A stretch of DNA of 64,000 nucleotides from the human T2T-CHM13v2.0 reference genome, Homo sapiens. Below are positions 60,163 to 64,000 of this stretch, piece after piece; position 1 is the first letter of the stretch; each line of letters opens with the position of its first letter. Both the position numbers and the translations under genes were made by a program. Under the pieces are notes generated by a model. The model saw only the letters and a list, made by a program, of their open reading frames with translations. It did not search any database and had not been told where the DNA came from. The stretch lies in NCBI RefSeq assembly GCF_009914755.1, contig NC_060937.1, one strand, 5' to 3'.

Positions 60163-62043
60163 TTTAATATATTCATGTGAACTAAATCTCATTATTATCA
60201 CTAGCTATTCACTTTTATCTATTGTGAAATAATAATATTATCAGTTCTTCATTATTCATTGGAGGTTTTTGAAACTCCACTGAGTATTCTAATTAAAATA
60301 TGTAATGTCAAATTTTAAATAAGCATGATGGATTTATAGAAATTTGAAATTTAAAACAATCCATAAGGTCATATTGTTGATCTGTAAAATGATTTCAGTA
60401 GTCCGAGTAATGTTATTACATTGCTGCTTTTTAAATTGTCTTTTCACAAATAGATAAAAATTGATCAGTATTCAGGAATGTACAAAAGTCCTATGACCTT
60501 TTGCTAAGCTTTAGAAAAATTAGTATTATTTTCTTGTTTTTATCTTGCAGTTAATTCTACAGCTGAATCAATCTTGAGTCTGTTTTTAGCTTTCTGCCTG
60601 CTTTGATTTAGAGCCAATCTATTATGAGCTGTCTGAGGTTCTTTTTTTTTTTATCTTAAAGTAATCTCATCCCTAACACTTTCATACAGTACCTACTTAT
60701 TCTTCATGGATTGGAAAGAATAACCGTACTTTACTATTCTAATAATGTTTCTTAGATAAGGATTTTAATTAAGACAGAAATTGGACTATATCATTCAGGC
60801 ATACCAGAAGGACAACTAAAGAGTTTGGCTTGTATAAAAATTAAATATTTTTTGAATTTCTGATTTTATTTAATGGGTAAAAAACATATATTCTAAAATA
60901 TGCTTGTAACAAAAATATGAGAGAAATAACTCATTATTTTCTCTGGGGAGAAGTTAAAGAAAGTAAATGGGATTTTCTTTTCTAAATATATATTTTTAAC
61001 ATGTGATAAATGTTAACACGTCACTGAGACTTGTTGTGTATTAGTCTTTGCACCTAAAAAAATGAGGATATTGGGAAACATATTATTGGGGAAATAAAAT
61101 GAGTAATGTATGCTTGGTTTGTTATAAGTTACAAAGTGTTGAGCAAATGTATGTTGTATATTGATCTATATTTTATACAAATGTATATTACAGTATATAT
61201 TTTGCATAATACACACAGGTTAAAATGTATGCTGTCATATGTATTTAGGCATACTAAATCATATTAAATTAGTAAAATATTCAATATATATATTTATAAT
61301 AGATCAGTGAAATTGTCTAAATGTATTAAGTATTTTGTTGACCTATTATTATAAATATTAATTTAAAATGATGGTTTTATGTTGTAAATATTTTTGGAAC
61401 ACAAATATCTATTTCAATTCTGAAAAGCATAATTTAAAAAATATCTAATCTTTTTTTCTCTGTTTTTGTTTGTGTTTATTTATTTCTAGAAAAGAATAGC
61501 TAGCATGATGTATTTCAAGTTTCTGGCATGTCATTTTCACTGAGACGTCTGAAGACCAGAAAGACTTTGCAGAATTTCAAAACACTTATTAGATGGTTTT
61601 GAGACTAGCAGATTAATACACATTTGGTTTTTCAATGTACAGCCGTAAATGGACATGGAATGACCAAAAAGCTGCATTAAGCTTCATGGAGACCATTCAG
61701 TTTTCCACAGTAGTGTTTGGTGTATACAGTAAAGAAGATAGAGAGAAGGAGAGGAAGCTAGTGAGAGGGAGGGGGAGAAAAGAGGGACTTTACTGGGTTG
61801 CATAATGATAGTCAAAATAGTTTAAGGAAAGCAAAATTTTATAATAAATTAATACATTTAGCCTTTTTTATTTCTCTTAAAATTTTTGTTTGGACCCAGA
61901 ATAAATTTTTATTTAACTTATATTTCTCAGTGTTGACATAAGGTACAAATTCATTAAATTTTTACCTTTGCCAGAATTACTCTTTTTACCTTTATACACC
62001 AATAAAAGGATGATAAAATTTAAGTTTAAAGAGATTACATTTA

Positions 62044-62334
62044 GGCCAGGCACGGTGGCTCGTGCTTGTAATCCCAGCACTTTGGGAGGCTGAGGCGGGC
62101 AGATTACTTGAGGACAAGAGTTCAAGATCAGCCTGGCCAACATGGCGAAACCTCTCTCTACTAAAAATTAGCTGGTGTTGGTGCACTTGCCTCTCGTCCC
62201 AGCTACTCGGGAGGCTGAGGCACGAGAATGGTTTGAACTCAGGAGCCAGAGGTTACTGTGTGCTGAGATTGTGCCACTGCATTCCAGCCTGGGCAACAAA
62301 GTGACACTGTCTGATAAAACAAACAAACAGACAG
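62044..62334 (+). mobile_element. Alu (AluS-type, diverged)
   Basis: Full Alu with (AAAC)n tail; TSD ttacattta. Confidence 0.94.
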
Positions 62335-64000
62335 AAAGTTTACATTTAAATTTGTTTCTATTTATAACTCGTTCTCTTTATTTTACCAAGTTCTAAATAT
62401 AATTTCTCTAATTTATTTGGGTAGATAAGATTAATAATTCAAGACTTGATTCTAGAAAACATAATCAAATTTGTTAAGTAACCTGAATGTGGATTTTGGT
62501 CACTCAAATCTCTTTTCCTTAATGTGTGTCATAAATGCATAACATGACATTATTACTAACAACTGTAAAATACTCCACACATCATAAAGTTGAATGTACA
62601 ATTCATTGAATTAGTAAAAAATCCATGTTAATTTCATAAATGTTCCTATAGACAACACACATTTCACTATAGATCTGCAAGTACATTATCTTATATTGTT
62701 TGCTTGCTAACTAATTAAAATTATTTTTTCTATAATATTATAGAAGAGGTTTATGGCAATAATCAACCGGTCTCCTAAATCTATGGTTTCCTTGTTATAT
62801 GTTTTGTGGATAAAATTGATTGAATAAATGATATTTCTCATAATCAGTTAAAGGATGGTAAAATGCTTTTTCACAATATTTATTCAAAAGTTGCAAAATG
62901 ATCAAATTAATTTTCTTGAAATTAAAACTATATATTAACATTAAAAAGTTATCTTAATCAAAATGATCCAAAATTAAACCTAGACCTTAAGAGTAATTTA
63001 TAACTGAATTAAATATGGTACTATATAATTAAATTAAGTATTGTTCTATAAGTTGGCATTTTAGAAGGCATAAAATGAAATTATTTACCCTTAAATAATT
63101 CATAGCTTACTGGAATAAAATCCTTTTGTGAAATTAGCTCATTTGGTTTTTACTCAATACTATGTCCCTCAATTAAACTTTTTGTCCAATATATGTTCAT
63201 TTTAAACAATGAACATATATTTACTCTGATGCCAAAAGTATTTAAATAATTTTATGTATTTTCCAAAAACTTAGTCAGAAAATATATCAAGGTATAATTT
63301 TAATAATTTACATACATCACATATCTAGCTTCTATAATACAAACTCCATATTAATTTCTGTATATCACACTATTAATGATTCACTCAATTCATTCTGATT
63401 TTTTCTCAAGAGACCTTTGTTTAATGTCTTATATTAAATAAAAGAATTTTAGTTTGCTAATAACAAAATCATTAGAAAAACATTTAAAGTAATAAATTGA
63501 TTTGTATTCATATAGAATTTTAAAAAATTAAAGTTCTATTTATAATTATGAGACTATGTTCAAAGCAGAAAATAATCTGTTGTATATAGAAACACAAACA
63601 TGTTTTTTAAAACTGATTTCTAGTGAAAATGATTTGAGATCATCTTTAGAGGGCAGCATCTAACTAGGGAAAGAGGTATTTCAGGCTAATATGTTTGAGC
63701 CATTGCAATGGTTATATCTGGTTGTTGGAAGTTGATAGCCTATTAAAACATCACCGATTTCATAATTCCAATATCAGAAGACACTAAATAACAGCATCTG
63801 ACATTAGTCTCCATGAATAATCCAGTTGAACGTGCACCTCATTAAATGTCACCTGTTCTTAAAGGCATGTGTATTTTTACAGTAGATATTACAGTATCTC
63901 AGAACACATTTATTTTTACTCAAAGCATGGTAATACATAGCAATAGCAATCTAGGCTTTAACCAATATGTATTATAAAAATAAGAGTGGGAGAATGAATT

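Overview
AT-rich primate (human-like) genomic DNA that looks like a gene desert or deep intron. No protein-coding gene is supportable. The longer ORFs are mostly read-throughs of Alu, L1, THE1 and MER52 repeats; two are real fossil coding sequence (L1 ORF2 and a PGBD4-like piggyBac transposase C-terminus). The repeats include nine Alus, a FAM, young and old L1s, L2/MIR fragments, a MER41 LTR, a full THE1 provirus plus a solo THE1 LTR, MER52, LTR47, MLT1, Tigger3 and a Looper/MER75 piggyBac. Family names come from recalled consensus sequences, not from a database search. The main observation is a pair of 5'-truncated L1PA copies in inverted orientation about 18.8 kb apart (27172-28908 +, 47673-49538 -). 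They share a run of non-consensus variants, including the same stop codon and frameshift, but have different 3' ends, which suggests gene conversion between inverted repeats and a possible inversion substrate. Other points of note are a 141-bp local duplication, tandem GAS motifs in MER41, DUX4 motifs in THE1 LTRs, a strong CTCF site, a motif-dense non-repeat segment near 52.9 kb, and an AluY whose tail is (GA)n. I found no evidence of a new protein-coding system.
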